Below are positions 29,379 through 38,008 of a stretch of DNA of 64,000 bases, in pieces. The DNA is from a bacterium. GTDB lineage: Bacteria > Bacillota > Clostridia > Christensenellales > DTU072. Numbering within the stretch: the first letter of the stretch is position 1; every line of letters begins with the position of its first letter. The position numbers and the translations under genes were made by a program. Under the pieces are notes generated by a model. That model was not told the DNA's origin, made no database searches, and saw nothing but the letters and a program-made list of their open reading frames with translations. The DNA lies in NCBI GenBank assembly GCA_963644945.1, contig CAVIQK010000004.1, positions 41,050 to 105,049 on the forward strand, given 5' to 3'.

Positions 29379-31118
29379 ATGGAAAAAATGGTTAATATAA
29401 AAATCAACGGACTGGCAATAAGCGTACCTCAAGGCACAACCATTCTAGATGCCGCAAGACAAGCCGGCATCAAAATCCCCACTCTTTGCTATCTAAGAGA
29501 CATCAACGCCATCGGTGCATGCAGAGTGTGTGTCGTCGAAGTAAAAGGCGCAAGAAGTCTTGTCGCAGCATGTGTCTATCCCGTCTATGAAGGCATGGAA
29601 GTCACCACCAACAGCAAAAGAGTCCTCGATGCAAGAAAAACTACCGTCGAACTTCTTTTGTCGGACCACGACAAAAAATGTACATCGTGCGTACGTAGCG
29701 GAAAGTGCGAACTCCAAACTTTGGCACATGAATTCGGTTGTGAAGACGGCAAATATAAAGGTGCCGAAAATCACTACGAAATAGACTTTACCCCTTCAAT
29801 CATACGTGACAACAACAAATGTATCTTATGTAAGCGCTGTGTAGCCGCTTGTAAGGAATATCAATCGGTAGCCGTAATAGGCGCCAATGCAAGAGGTTTT
29901 GCGACTCGTATAGACTGTGCTTTCGAAATGCCTCTCAAAAACTCCTCATGTGTCAACTGCGGACAATGTATCAACGTTTGCCCCGTAGGCGCCCTTAGAG
30001 AAAGAGAAGAAATAGACGACGTCCAAAGAGCCATAGCCGATCCCGAAAAACACGTGATCATGGCACCGGCACCTGCAGTGAGAGTAGCAATAGGCGAAGA
30101 ATTTGACTATCCCATCGGCACCAACCAAGAAGGCAAGATGCTCACCGCCATGAGAATGCTAGGTGTTGACGAAATATTTGACGTCAACTTCGGAGCAGAC
30201 CTTACCATAATAGAAGAAGGTACCGAATTTATCAATCGCTTACAACATGGCGGAAAACTTCCTCTAATCACCTCATGTTCCCCCGGTTGGATCAAATTTA
30301 TCGAACACAACTTCCCCGAATTTTTAGGCAACCTTTCCACATGTAAATCACCCCAACAAATGTTTGGAGCCGTTTGCAAATCTTATTATGCCGAAAAACT
30401 CGGAAAAGATCCCAAAGATATATTCGTAGTGACGGTTATGCCGTGTACTGCCAAGAAATTCGAAAAGACTCGTCCGGAACTTTCCGTCAACGGTGTCCCC
30501 GACATTGATGCAGTCCTTACGACAAGAGAACTTGCTCGCATGATAAAACGTCAAGGCATAGAATTTTCCGCCCTTCCCGACGGTCAATACGATGCCCCTC
30601 TCGGTATGTACTCGGGAGCAGGACTTATATTCGGTTCATCGGGCGGAGTCATGGAAGCAGCCCTTCGTACAGTCGTCGAAAAACTAGACGGCAAAACTCT
30701 CGAAAAACTTGACTTTACCGAAGTAAGAGGAATGGAAGGCATCAAAGAGGCAACATACATTGTAGCCGGCAGAGAAGTAAGAGTAGCCGTCGCATCCGGA
30801 CTTAAAAACGCAAGACAACTTATGAATGCCTTGAAAGAAGGAAGTGTCAGTTATGACTTTGTCGAAATCATGGCTTGCCCCGGTGGCTGTATCAACGGTG
30901 GCGGACAACCTATAAAGACCGCCGACGTTCGCAACAACGTAGATTACAAGACATTGAGAGCCAACGCCATATACGACACCGACAAAGCGATGAAAATAAG
31001 AAAATCTCACGAAAATCCCTGTGTCAAAGAACTTTACGACACCTTCCTCGGAGAGCCCAACGGCCACAAAGCCCACGAACTCTTGCATACCGTATATACA
31101 AAACGTCCTCTTGACTAA
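29379..31118 (+). CDS. hydA: [FeFe]-hydrogenase catalytic subunit, M3 architecture
   Basis: It has an N-terminal 2Fe-2S domain, a His-ligated cluster and two 4Fe-4S domains. The H-cluster motifs are TSCSPGW (variant L1), MPCTAKKFE (L2) and EIMACPGGCINGGGQP (L3). Confidence 0.93.
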   Translation: MEKMVNIKINGLAISVPQGTTILDAARQAGIKIPTLCYLRDINAIGACRVCVVEVKGARSLVAACVYPVYEGMEVTTNSKRVLDARKTTVELLLSDHDKKCTSCVRSGKCELQTLAHEFGCEDGKYKGAENHYEIDFTPSIIRDNNKCILCKRCVAACKEYQSVAVIGANARGFATRIDCAFEMPLKNSSCVNCGQCINVCPVGALREREEIDDVQRAIADPEKHVIMAPAPAVRVAIGEEFDYPIGTNQEGKMLTAMRMLGVDEIFDVNFGADLTIIEEGTEFINRLQHGGKLPLITSCSPGWIKFIEHNFPEFLGNLSTCKSPQQMFGAVCKSYYAEKLGKDPKDIFVVTVMPCTAKKFEKTRPELSVNGVPDIDAVLTTRELARMIKRQGIEFSALPDGQYDAPLGMYSGAGLIFGSSGGVMEAALRTVVEKLDGKTLEKLDFTEVRGMEGIKEATYIVAGREVRVAVASGLKNARQLMNALKEGSVSYDFVEIMACPGGCINGGGQPIKTADVRNNVDYKTLRANAIYDTDKAMKIRKSHENPCVKELYDTFLGEPNGHKAHELLHTVYTKRPLD

Positions 31119-31143
31119 AACCAAACCGATTAAAAACCAAAAT

Positions 31144-31176
31144 AAAAGAACCAAGTTCAAACTTGGTTCTTTTTTT
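31144..31176. terminator. bidirectional rho-independent terminator between hydA and the convergent lipoprotein gene
   Basis: Stem GAACCAAGT/ACTTGGTTC flanked by an A-run upstream and a T-run downstream. Confidence 0.8.
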
Positions 31177-31192
31177 ATTGATTACGAATCAA

Positions 31193-32161
31193 CTAAAATC
31201 CTATCGTTTCGGTGTATCCGTTGGAATATGTAAAGACATATCCGTTAGCACCTTTTTCGACGGTAATAAATGTATCGTCGTTGCCGACTTCACGTTTTAC
31301 TCTGAATTTGTTATTGTCTTGTTTATAGACTTTCAATTCAATTTCTTGATTGTCGTTGCTTTCTACTTCGAATTTGATTTCGGTCTTGCCGTTTTTGGTT
31401 TCGATTTCGAATTCGGTTTCGCTCACTTCACGACCGTTTTCGTAGATAGCGTACTTATAAGAAACTTCGGATTCATTTCTTTCGTTTTCGGTTTCATAAC
31501 TCATTTTGACATAATTTCCGTTGCTCTTTCTAGTGATGAATTCAATAGAAAATTCGGTTTCGTCCCCGTCTTTTTCGACTTCGGATCTGCCGTCAACGTC
31601 ATAAACTTTTTCGCCGAACACGAGTATTCCTTTTAGTGTAGTCGATTGTTCGATTTCGACATCGCCGTCGTCATCGACTTCCTTGTTGGTTGCCGTATAC
31701 AATTCGTTATAATACATTTTGACGGTGTCTTTGCCTATTGCAATGGACATAACAAAACTATAATCTTTATAGGTTTCGTCGGTATTGTCCGCAATCGTTT
31801 GCGAAACCATGCCGTTATTTAGGATAGAATCAAAAGTCTCAACGCAAGATGCGATTTCATTGACCGTCGCATCGGTAATTCCCGAAGGACGAGAAGATTT
31901 TGCATCGTTAGAAGGAGAAGTCGCTCCGCTTGCCGACATTTTAGGAGCATTGTTTACCTCACTTGTCGCATTGTCCGAGTTAGTTAGGTAGTTTGCCGAA
32001 GCGAAAGCCGAAACGGCATAAAAGTTTTTAGAACTGAAAGATTCTTCTTTGGTTCCGTTGGATTTCTTGGTCGGCATGCTGTCGCAAGCAATCATGCTTA
32101 TGCATAGAGCCAAAACCAGTACAAACAACAGTGGTTTCATCGAATTAAGTAATTTTTTCAT
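31193..32161 (-). CDS. lipoprotein, unknown function
   Basis: It has a signal peptide with a lipobox (LALCISMIAC). The mature part is acidic and beta-rich. Confidence 0.65.
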   Translation of the reverse strand: MKKLLNSMKPLLFVLVLALCISMIACDSMPTKKSNGTKEESFSSKNFYAVSAFASANYLTNSDNATSEVNNAPKMSASGATSPSNDAKSSRPSGITDATVNEIASCVETFDSILNNGMVSQTIADNTDETYKDYSFVMSIAIGKDTVKMYYNELYTATNKEVDDDGDVEIEQSTTLKGILVFGEKVYDVDGRSEVEKDGDETEFSIEFITRKSNGNYVKMSYETENERNESEVSYKYAIYENGREVSETEFEIETKNGKTEIKFEVESNDNQEIELKVYKQDNNKFRVKREVGNDDTFITVEKGANGYVFTYSNGYTETIGF

Positions 32162-32271
32162 ATGGCCTCCTGTAAAAAAGTGTTTTATAAATATATCGTA
32201 AAGGAAAAACCCGACATTGTCAACACGATTGTTTTAGGGGTACATACCGTAAAAATATAGTAAAAATTTGC

Positions 32272-32302
32272 CCAAAAGAAAAGGGACGATTTCTCGTCCC
32301 TT
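32272..32302 (-). terminator. rho-independent terminator after the EF-G paralog
   Basis: Stem AAGGGACGA/TCGTCCCTT (32281..32302). On the minus strand it is followed by TTCTTTTGGG. It lies 18 nt past the stop. Confidence 0.7.
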
Positions 32303-32319
32303 CATGTGGTTTTTAGCAA

Positions 32320-34338
32320 TTATTTTTTCGATGCCGCAATGATTTTATCTGCAATCATGCTAGGTACTTCTTCGTATCTTGCGAATTCCATCGTGAATTT
32401 ACCTCTGCCTTGTGTCATAGAACGGAGATCGGTTGCATATTTTGCAAGTTCTGCCATAGGTGCTTCGCCGTTGACGACTTGTTTTCCGTCAACAAGGTCC
32501 ATACCGAAGACACGACCTCTACGTTTGTTCATATCACTCATAATATCACCGAGATAAGATTCAGGGATCGTAACCTTTACGGTCATAATAGGTTCAAGAA
32601 GAACAGGTTTTGCCATAGGAAGACCTGCTTCGAACGAGAGTCTTGCAGCCGACAAGAATGCGACTTCCTTACTGTCAACGGGGTGATATTTACCATCGAC
32701 CAAAGATGCTTTCAAATTGACGACGGGGTATCCTGCGAGTACACCGTGTTGAATTGCATCCCTAAGACCTTTTTCAACGACAGGAATGAATTGACGAGGT
32801 ACGGCACCGCCTACAACCTTATCTACGAATTCGAACACTCCGTCCGCTGCACCGGGTTCATAATCGATATATACGACACCGAATTGTCCCGCACCGCCGG
32901 ATTGTTTCTTATGTTTACCTTCGACATAAGATGCAGTACCTTTGATGGTTTCTCTATACGAAATTCTGGGTTCTTGTAGATTTGCGGTAACACCGAATTT
33001 ATTTTTAAGTTTTCTGCAAAGAATATCGAGTTGTGCTTCGCCTTGTCCGGAAATAACCGTTTCACCGGTGTCGGATGCTTTCTCGACAACGAAAGTAGGA
33101 TCTTCTTCGTGGAGTTTAGAAAGTCCTCCGAAGATTTTTTCTTCTTCGCCTTCTTTGGATGCATATACAGCCATCGAAATTACGGGTTTCGGGAATTCGA
33201 TAGGAGCAATAGCCTTTTCGCCTTCGTCGCAAAGCGTATCGTTTGTGGATGTGAACGAAAGTTTTGCAAGCGCTCCGATATCTCCTGCCACCAATTCATC
33301 GACGACTTCTTGTTTTTTGCCTCTCATGGCATAAACTTGGTTGATTCTTTCTTTGTCTTCGACTCTTGTGTTGTACAAAGACATACCTTGCTTGACGGTA
33401 CCGGAAACCACTTTCAAAATGTTAAGTTTACCGACGAATTGGTCATATACGGTCTTAAATACGAGAGCCGAAACAGGACCGTTTTCGTCCATGTTGGCAC
33501 CGAACTTACCTTCTTTCGGCGAAGGAAGTAGGTTTACAATGTTTTCAAGCAAGAAGTTTGTGCCGATGTTGAGAGTAGCAGCACCTGCTACGATAGGCAC
33601 GAATTCTCCGCCGATAACTCTTTGTTTTACGCCCTTTGCAACGTCTTCTCCGGAAAGCGCTCCTTCTTCAAAGAATTTTTCCATCAAATCTTCACTTGCT
33701 TCGGCTGCCGCTTCTTGAAGTTCTGCGTTGCTGCCTTCGACTACACCTTTGATGTTTTCGGGCATTGCGATTTCTTCCATCTTCAAATCATAGGCTTTTC
33801 CGGAAAGTATGCTTGCCATACCTTTCATGTCGTAGCCGTCCATAATCGGAATTTCGATAGGAGCGACCAAAATAGGATATTTAGCCTTGATAGCCTCGAC
33901 GGTTGCCATGTAATTGGAGTTTTCTTTGTTGACGCCGTTTACATAGATCATTGCGGGAATTTTATGTTCTTTGCAATATTCCAAAGCCTTTTCAGTGCCG
34001 ACGGTAAGAGTACCGGTTGCACCCGTCACGATAATTGCCGCATCGCAAGCGGTAAGAGCCGCAATCATTTCGCCCTCGAAGTCAAAGAAACCGGGGGTAT
34101 CTATGATGTTGATCTTATTTCCTTTATAAGTACCGTAAGCGATTGACATGGAAATTGACATTTTTTTGGCTTGTTCTTCCGGATCGAAGTCCGACACAGA
34201 AGTACCATCGTCAACTTTGCCCATTCTGTCAATGGCTTTCATCTCGAATAAAAGAGCTTCCATAAGAGAAGTTTTACCTTCTCCGCCGTGACCGATGAGT
34301 GCTATGTTACGAATAGTGTCTTTGGTGTATGTTGCCAT
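32320..34338 (-). CDS. elongation factor G paralog (EF-G2 / translational GTPase)
   Basis: G1 is GHGGEGKTS, G3 is DTPGFFDF and G4 is NGVNK. Full EF-G domain order is present. The start is moved to MATYTKD (34338), which has a GAGGT RBS. It is not located in a str operon. Confidence 0.85.
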   Translation of the reverse strand: MATYTKDTIRNIALIGHGGEGKTSLMEALLFEMKAIDRMGKVDDGTSVSDFDPEEQAKKMSISMSIAYGTYKGNKINIIDTPGFFDFEGEMIAALTACDAAIIVTGATGTLTVGTEKALEYCKEHKIPAMIYVNGVNKENSNYMATVEAIKAKYPILVAPIEIPIMDGYDMKGMASILSGKAYDLKMEEIAMPENIKGVVEGSNAELQEAAAEASEDLMEKFFEEGALSGEDVAKGVKQRVIGGEFVPIVAGAATLNIGTNFLLENIVNLLPSPKEGKFGANMDENGPVSALVFKTVYDQFVGKLNILKVVSGTVKQGMSLYNTRVEDKERINQVYAMRGKKQEVVDELVAGDIGALAKLSFTSTNDTLCDEGEKAIAPIEFPKPVISMAVYASKEGEEEKIFGGLSKLHEEDPTFVVEKASDTGETVISGQGEAQLDILCRKLKNKFGVTANLQEPRISYRETIKGTASYVEGKHKKQSGGAGQFGVVYIDYEPGAADGVFEFVDKVVGGAVPRQFIPVVEKGLRDAIQHGVLAGYPVVNLKASLVDGKYHPVDSKEVAFLSAARLSFEAGLPMAKPVLLEPIMTVKVTIPESYLGDIMSDMNKRRGRVFGMDLVDGKQVVNGEAPMAELAKYATDLRSMTQGRGKFTMEFARYEEVPSMIADKIIAASKK

Positions 34339-34641
34339 ATTGTACCTCATTAGAAAATATTTTTAGAATAAATATATAATACAATATTTATAATAGGATT
34401 TCAAGAGGCAATTTTTTTTGAAAACGAAATCTTTACCCAAAAACCATACAAAATCGAGTAGAAAGAAAATCAAAACTTTTGGGTTATCTCCCGTTTAAGT
34501 TTTATAAAAATTATTTTTATATCGTTTTTTGTTGCCATAGATACCAAAACAACACAAAAATTACAAATCGTCCTCTTAATTCTTTTAGAAAACGGCAATT
34601 TATATATTTTAATAAAATTGCACAAAAATATGCAAAAACAG

Positions 34642-34670
34642 TTGAAACTCTTTTTTGTTTGTGCTAAAAT
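34642..34670 (+). promoter_or_regulatory. sigma-70-type promoter for rpsT
   Basis: TTGAAA (34642..34647), a 17-nt spacer ending in TGc, and TAAAAT (34665..34670). Confidence 0.6.
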
Positions 34671-34701
34671 ACCTAAGCAATATACCAATGAGGAGTTAGT
34701 T

Positions 34702-34968
34702 ATGCCTAATATTAAATCGAAAATTAAACGTGTATCTCTCTCTAGAGAAGAAAACGCAGTCAACAATAGCAAAAAGTCCAGAATCAAAAACAGCATCAAG
34801 AAGTTTGAAGCAGCAGTCCAAGAAAACGATTTCGCCAAAGCCGAACAACTTTATCGTGAAACCGAAGCATTGCTTGACCAAGCAGCACAAGACAACCTTT
34901 ATCACAAAAATACGGTTGCCAGAAAGAAATCTGCACTTGCAAAACATCTCGATACAATCAGAAAGTAA
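34702..34968 (+). CDS. rpsT: 30S ribosomal protein S20
   Basis: The N-terminus MPNIKSKIKRV and the segment KKSRIKNSIKKFE are typical of S20. A GAGGAG RBS precedes ATG 34702. Confidence 0.93.
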   Translation: MPNIKSKIKRVSLSREENAVNNSKKSRIKNSIKKFEAAVQENDFAKAEQLYRETEALLDQAAQDNLYHKNTVARKKSALAKHLDTIRK

Positions 34969-34983
34969 TTTTTGTTGAGGCCC

Positions 34984-35012
34984 AAAACAACCTCTTCTAG
35001 GGGTTGTTTTTT
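34984..35012 (+). terminator. rho-independent terminator after rpsT
   Basis: Stem AAAACAACC/GGTTGTTTT running into a T-run. Confidence 0.7.
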
Positions 35013-35068
35013 AATGTTTGTTGTCGGCTTTTATTTATTACAAATATATAATTTTTGTAAGATAAAAG

Positions 35069-35097
35069 TTGACAATAAAATAGGTCTGTATTAAAAT
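35069..35097 (+). promoter_or_regulatory. sigma-70-type promoter for tRNA-Pro
   Basis: TTGACA (35069..35074), a 17-nt spacer and TAAAAT (35092..35097). The tRNA begins 12 nt later. Confidence 0.6.
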
Positions 35098-35108
35098 TAT
35101 ATCGTTAT

Positions 35109-35185
35109 CTGGGTATGGCGCAGTTTGGTAGCGCGCTTGAATGGGGTTCAAGAGGCCGGAGGTTCAAATCCTCTTACCCAGACCA
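35109..35185 (+). tRNA. tRNA-Pro (anticodon GGG), CCA encoded
   Basis: The cloverleaf was folded by hand. The acceptor stem is CTGGGTA/TACCCAG, the D stem GCGC/GCGC and the anticodon stem CTTGA/TCAAG. The anticodon loop is AUGGGGU (GGG, with G37). The T stem is GGAGG/CCTCT with loop TTCAAAT, the discriminator is A, and CCA follows. Length is 77 nt. Confidence 0.9.
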
Positions 35186-35190
35186 AATGT

Positions 35191-35217
35191 AATAAAGGAG
35201 TGGTATGCTCCTTTATT
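35191..35217 (+). terminator. strong hairpin directly after tRNA-Pro (processing/termination element)
   Basis: A 10-bp perfect stem AATAAAGGAG/CTCCTTTATT with loop TGGTATG. There is no clean T-run after it. Confidence 0.4.
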
Positions 35218-35221
35218 GCTA

Positions 35222-35345
35222 GTTAAGGCAAAATTGCTTTGCCCTGTGCTAGGGGGTAGGCTATGTAGGTAGCCGATCTCTTAGTGAGATGCTAGGAGAT
35301 TACGACACATCGTAATCTCAGACAATGTTTTCCACTCGCTCGACC
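35222..35345 (+). ncRNA. candidate structured non-coding RNA or leader, class unknown
   Basis: The stretch is GC-balanced and rich in stop codons, in a genome whose spacers are otherwise very AT-rich. Hairpins are GGCAAA/TTTGCC (35227..35243), GGCTA/TAGCC (35259..35274), ATCTC/GAGAT (35276..35290) and a 10-bp GAGATTACGA/TCGTAATCTC (35296..35319). A competing CTCTTAG/CTAGGAG pairing is also possible. Strand is assumed from the flanking genes. Confidence 0.35.
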
Positions 35346-35415
35346 GGTTAACCGTTATATTATAGATATTTTGTGTAGAAATCACACAGTCGTGCGAGAA
35401 TATATATATGCGGTT

Positions 35416-36459
35416 ATGAAAATACTACACGAAAAGTTCGGTAAGATCTGCAAAGTTATCTATGTTTTAGGCTTAATCTGTTTTGCGGCTTTTATCAGTT
35501 CTAATACATTTTTGAAAAACTCGGTAAAAATCGACGGTTCACCCGACATCAACGGTGGGCATTTTGGCGAGGTCCCTACATGGTTTTTGGATTCACTGTC
35601 AAAAGAAGCCTCCCTTCTCTATGCCGAATATGAAACCACCGACTACTCTACCGACTACGAACTAGCCTATTATTTATACGAACTATCCCTCAAAAAACTT
35701 GCATTGACCAAGTTTTATGCCACAAAACTACATGGAATAATAGATTTTTCGTCCGTCGGCATCGAGGGGAGATCCGAAACCATACAATCGACTGCCTACT
35801 ACAAGAAAAACACCCCCACGTTATCGGCAAACGATGATTTCGAATCGTACTACCAAAACATAATATATCTCTCAAAAGAGCCAGCCCTTCTCAATCTTTC
35901 CAGTGTCAACCAAGGCATAAGAGAATATTGCGACGGCACCACCGTATATGAAGAACATGGCAAAAATCCCGTAGTTGACAATGACACAGAGACGGCGACA
36001 TGGACAGGCGATCTCAAAACCTACCCCTTGACCGAACACGACACATACAGAGAATATGCGGACGGCGAACTTAGAGAAAAATCTAACTATGTCATCAATC
36101 TTGACACCATAGACGACACCACCGTAGAGATTTTTAGAAAGACCGACGACAGCGGATTGACCTATTACGAAATCTCTTTCGAGATCAAAATTGCAGACGG
36201 TGACCAATCGGCTATACAGTACGAAAAAACGAGCATAGAGCGTACAATGGGCGGAAAACTAAAACTAGAATGCAAAAGAGCCAAGATTTCCATGACCATA
36301 TACGACAACGGTTATATGACGAAATGGGCGACCGAGTCCGATTGGATATCCTATTTTGGCAGAATCACCGGAGACGCCTATTACAAATCACAAGAGTCGA
36401 TAAGTTATTTCAACGAAGAAGAAAAATATTTCAAAGAATGGAGAGAACGTGTTGCGTAA
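35416..36459 (+). CDS. membrane-anchored hypothetical protein
   Basis: The start is chosen at MKILHEKFGK, followed by the TM/signal anchor VIYVLGLICFAAFISS. I recognise no domain and there is no clear RBS. Confidence 0.55.
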   Translation: MKILHEKFGKICKVIYVLGLICFAAFISSNTFLKNSVKIDGSPDINGGHFGEVPTWFLDSLSKEASLLYAEYETTDYSTDYELAYYLYELSLKKLALTKFYATKLHGIIDFSSVGIEGRSETIQSTAYYKKNTPTLSANDDFESYYQNIIYLSKEPALLNLSSVNQGIREYCDGTTVYEEHGKNPVVDNDTETATWTGDLKTYPLTEHDTYREYADGELREKSNYVINLDTIDDTTVEIFRKTDDSGLTYYEISFEIKIADGDQSAIQYEKTSIERTMGGKLKLECKRAKISMTIYDNGYMTKWATESDWISYFGRITGDAYYKSQESISYFNEEEKYFKEWRERVA

Positions 36460-37054
36460 GTATCTAAAATATATCTTAATATTGACTATTCTAATATCGA
36501 TATTTCTAATACCGACCGCCACTGCATACGGCGAAACATCATACTCTATAAGAGCCCTTATGCCTTGCAAGTTATATAGTGACGTAGATTTTACCAATGT
36601 AATAGCCGATATTCAGCAAAACGAAAAAATCGACGTCATAACCGATCTCGACACTATTCTCAAAGTATCCGTCAACGGACAAATCGGATATATGAGAGCA
36701 GAATATGCATATTCTACCGACACCGACTTTTCCAAAAAGACCAAAACCATGAGCATAAACACCGGCAGTCTAACCGAAGAGGCCCCCGTATATGAATATC
36801 CGTTCGAAGACTCCCAAGTATTAGATACGCTTAAAGACAACAGCAAAGTAGAAGTCGTCGAAAACAATATGTCATACGGTGATTTTGCCGAAATAAAATA
36901 CAATGGCCAACGTGCTTTTGTAAAAAAATCTTTTATAAGTGAGGGGCTTACCTACACCACGACCATCATAATAGTCTTGTCGGTAGTCGGCGCCGTCCTA
37001 CTTGTCATATTGATTTTACTTATAGTGTTCGGTGTAAAACTTAAAAAGAGGTAA
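36449..37054 (+). CDS. SH3b-like repeat protein with signal peptide and C-terminal TM anchor
   Basis: The signal peptide reads ILTILISIFLIPTATAYG. There are two SH3_3-like segments (..KIDVITDLDTILKVSVNGQIGYM.., ..KVEVVENNMSYGDFAEIKYNGQRAFV..). A C-terminal TM helix is present. The GTG/TTG start overlaps the upstream gene end. Confidence 0.55.
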   Translation: MLRKYLKYILILTILISIFLIPTATAYGETSYSIRALMPCKLYSDVDFTNVIADIQQNEKIDVITDLDTILKVSVNGQIGYMRAEYAYSTDTDFSKKTKTMSINTGSLTEEAPVYEYPFEDSQVLDTLKDNSKVEVVENNMSYGDFAEIKYNGQRAFVKKSFISEGLTYTTTIIIVLSVVGAVLLVILILLIVFGVKLKKR

Positions 37055-37056
37055 TT

Positions 37057-37902
37057 ATGGGATATTACAAAAAAAGAAACAAGGGCAAAGGTCAACAAGA
37101 CAATTACCTTCCGCCGTTTGAGCAGAGCATTCTCGGGCAAAACATTGAGATTCTCAACCTTCGTCAAAATACATTTGACCTTTTGAAAGGTGCCGGAGTC
37201 AACGTGCTTCAAGACTTACTCAAAAGAAGACCAAAAGACCTATACAAAATCAAAATGTTCAACAAGAAGAACTTGTTTGACGTACAACAAGCCCTTGATA
37301 AACGTAATCTCTTCCTAAGACCGGAAGAAACCGAAGAAACCCCCAAAGCCCAACCCGACACCCAAAAGGAAGAGAAACAAAACCCGTCTAAAAAAGACAA
37401 AAAAGGTTTTGTCGATGTCAAGTTTTTGGACGTTTCCGAAGCCAAAACCAAACGTGAAAGAGAAAAACATCGTCCCCCCAAGACCGTAATTCCCGACGTA
37501 AAAGACAAATACGTCAAAATCAACAAAAACGGTTTGTGGGGTTTCCAAGAGCGAGCCACCGGCAAAGAAATCATCAAGGCATCTTACTCGGACGTTTTCA
37601 CCTTCAAAGAAGATCTCTGTTGTGTTGAGTTAGAAGACAAATACGGCTACATCGATAGACGAGGCAGATTCATAATTGAGCCGAAATACGACATGGCATC
37701 CTCGTTTTCCGAAGGTTATGCCTGTGTATATCAAGGCGACAAATGCGGTTATATCGACAAAGAAGACAACATAATCGTCCCCTTCGAATTTGATGCCGGC
37801 ACCCCCGTAACAGACTCCGGTTGCAGAGTAAAAAAGAACGGCCAATGGGGCGAACTCAACATCGTTGACGGCAAACCCTCCGAGATCCGTTGGATAATTT
37901 AA
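37057..37902 (+). CDS. RpoA-CTD-like helix-hairpin-helix domain fused to WG (KWG) repeats
   Basis: IEILNLRQNTFDLLKGAGVNVLQDLL..DLYKIKMFNKKNLFDV resembles the RNA polymerase alpha C-terminal domain. A KE-rich linker follows. WG-repeat units are NGLWGFQE, KYGYIDRRGRFIIEPKYD, KCGYIDKEDNIIVPFEFD and GQWGEL. Confidence 0.65.
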   Translation: MGYYKKRNKGKGQQDNYLPPFEQSILGQNIEILNLRQNTFDLLKGAGVNVLQDLLKRRPKDLYKIKMFNKKNLFDVQQALDKRNLFLRPEETEETPKAQPDTQKEEKQNPSKKDKKGFVDVKFLDVSEAKTKREREKHRPPKTVIPDVKDKYVKINKNGLWGFQERATGKEIIKASYSDVFTFKEDLCCVELEDKYGYIDRRGRFIIEPKYDMASSFSEGYACVYQGDKCGYIDKEDNIIVPFEFDAGTPVTDSGCRVKKNGQWGELNIVDGKPSEIRWII

Positions 37903-37905
37903 TTG

Positions 37906-37933
37906 AAAAGAGTATTGCAAAATACTCTTTTTT
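37906..37933 (+). terminator. rho-independent terminator
   Basis: Stem AAAAGAGTATT/AATACTCTTTT with loop GCAA and a T-run. Confidence 0.8.
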
Positions 37934-38008
37934 ATTTGAAAAATATGGTATGTACAAAAACATTTACATATTGTATAATATAAATATAAAAACTTTTTAG
38001 GATCGAAT

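Noticed and set aside
34470-34838. A 122-aa minus-strand ORF spanning the fusA-paralog/rpsT spacer and the rpsT start.
   Set aside because: It lies in very AT-rich promoter DNA and overlaps rpsT antisense. Its composition is Phe/Leu/Ile/Lys low-complexity and it has no RBS.
35372-35388. The inverted repeat TGTGTAGAAATCACACA, which resembles a CRP/FNR-type TGTGA-N6-TCACA site upstream of the 35416 CDS.
   Set aside because: The half-site spacing is off by one, there are only 5-bp arms, and no cognate regulator is in view. I kept it only as context for the candidate RNA and leader finding.
35109-35415. The tRNA-Pro locus as an integration site for a genomic island or prophage.
   Set aside because: I found no integrase, recombinase or phage gene, and no direct repeat of the tRNA 3' end downstream. 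The flanking genes look like ordinary chromosomal genes.
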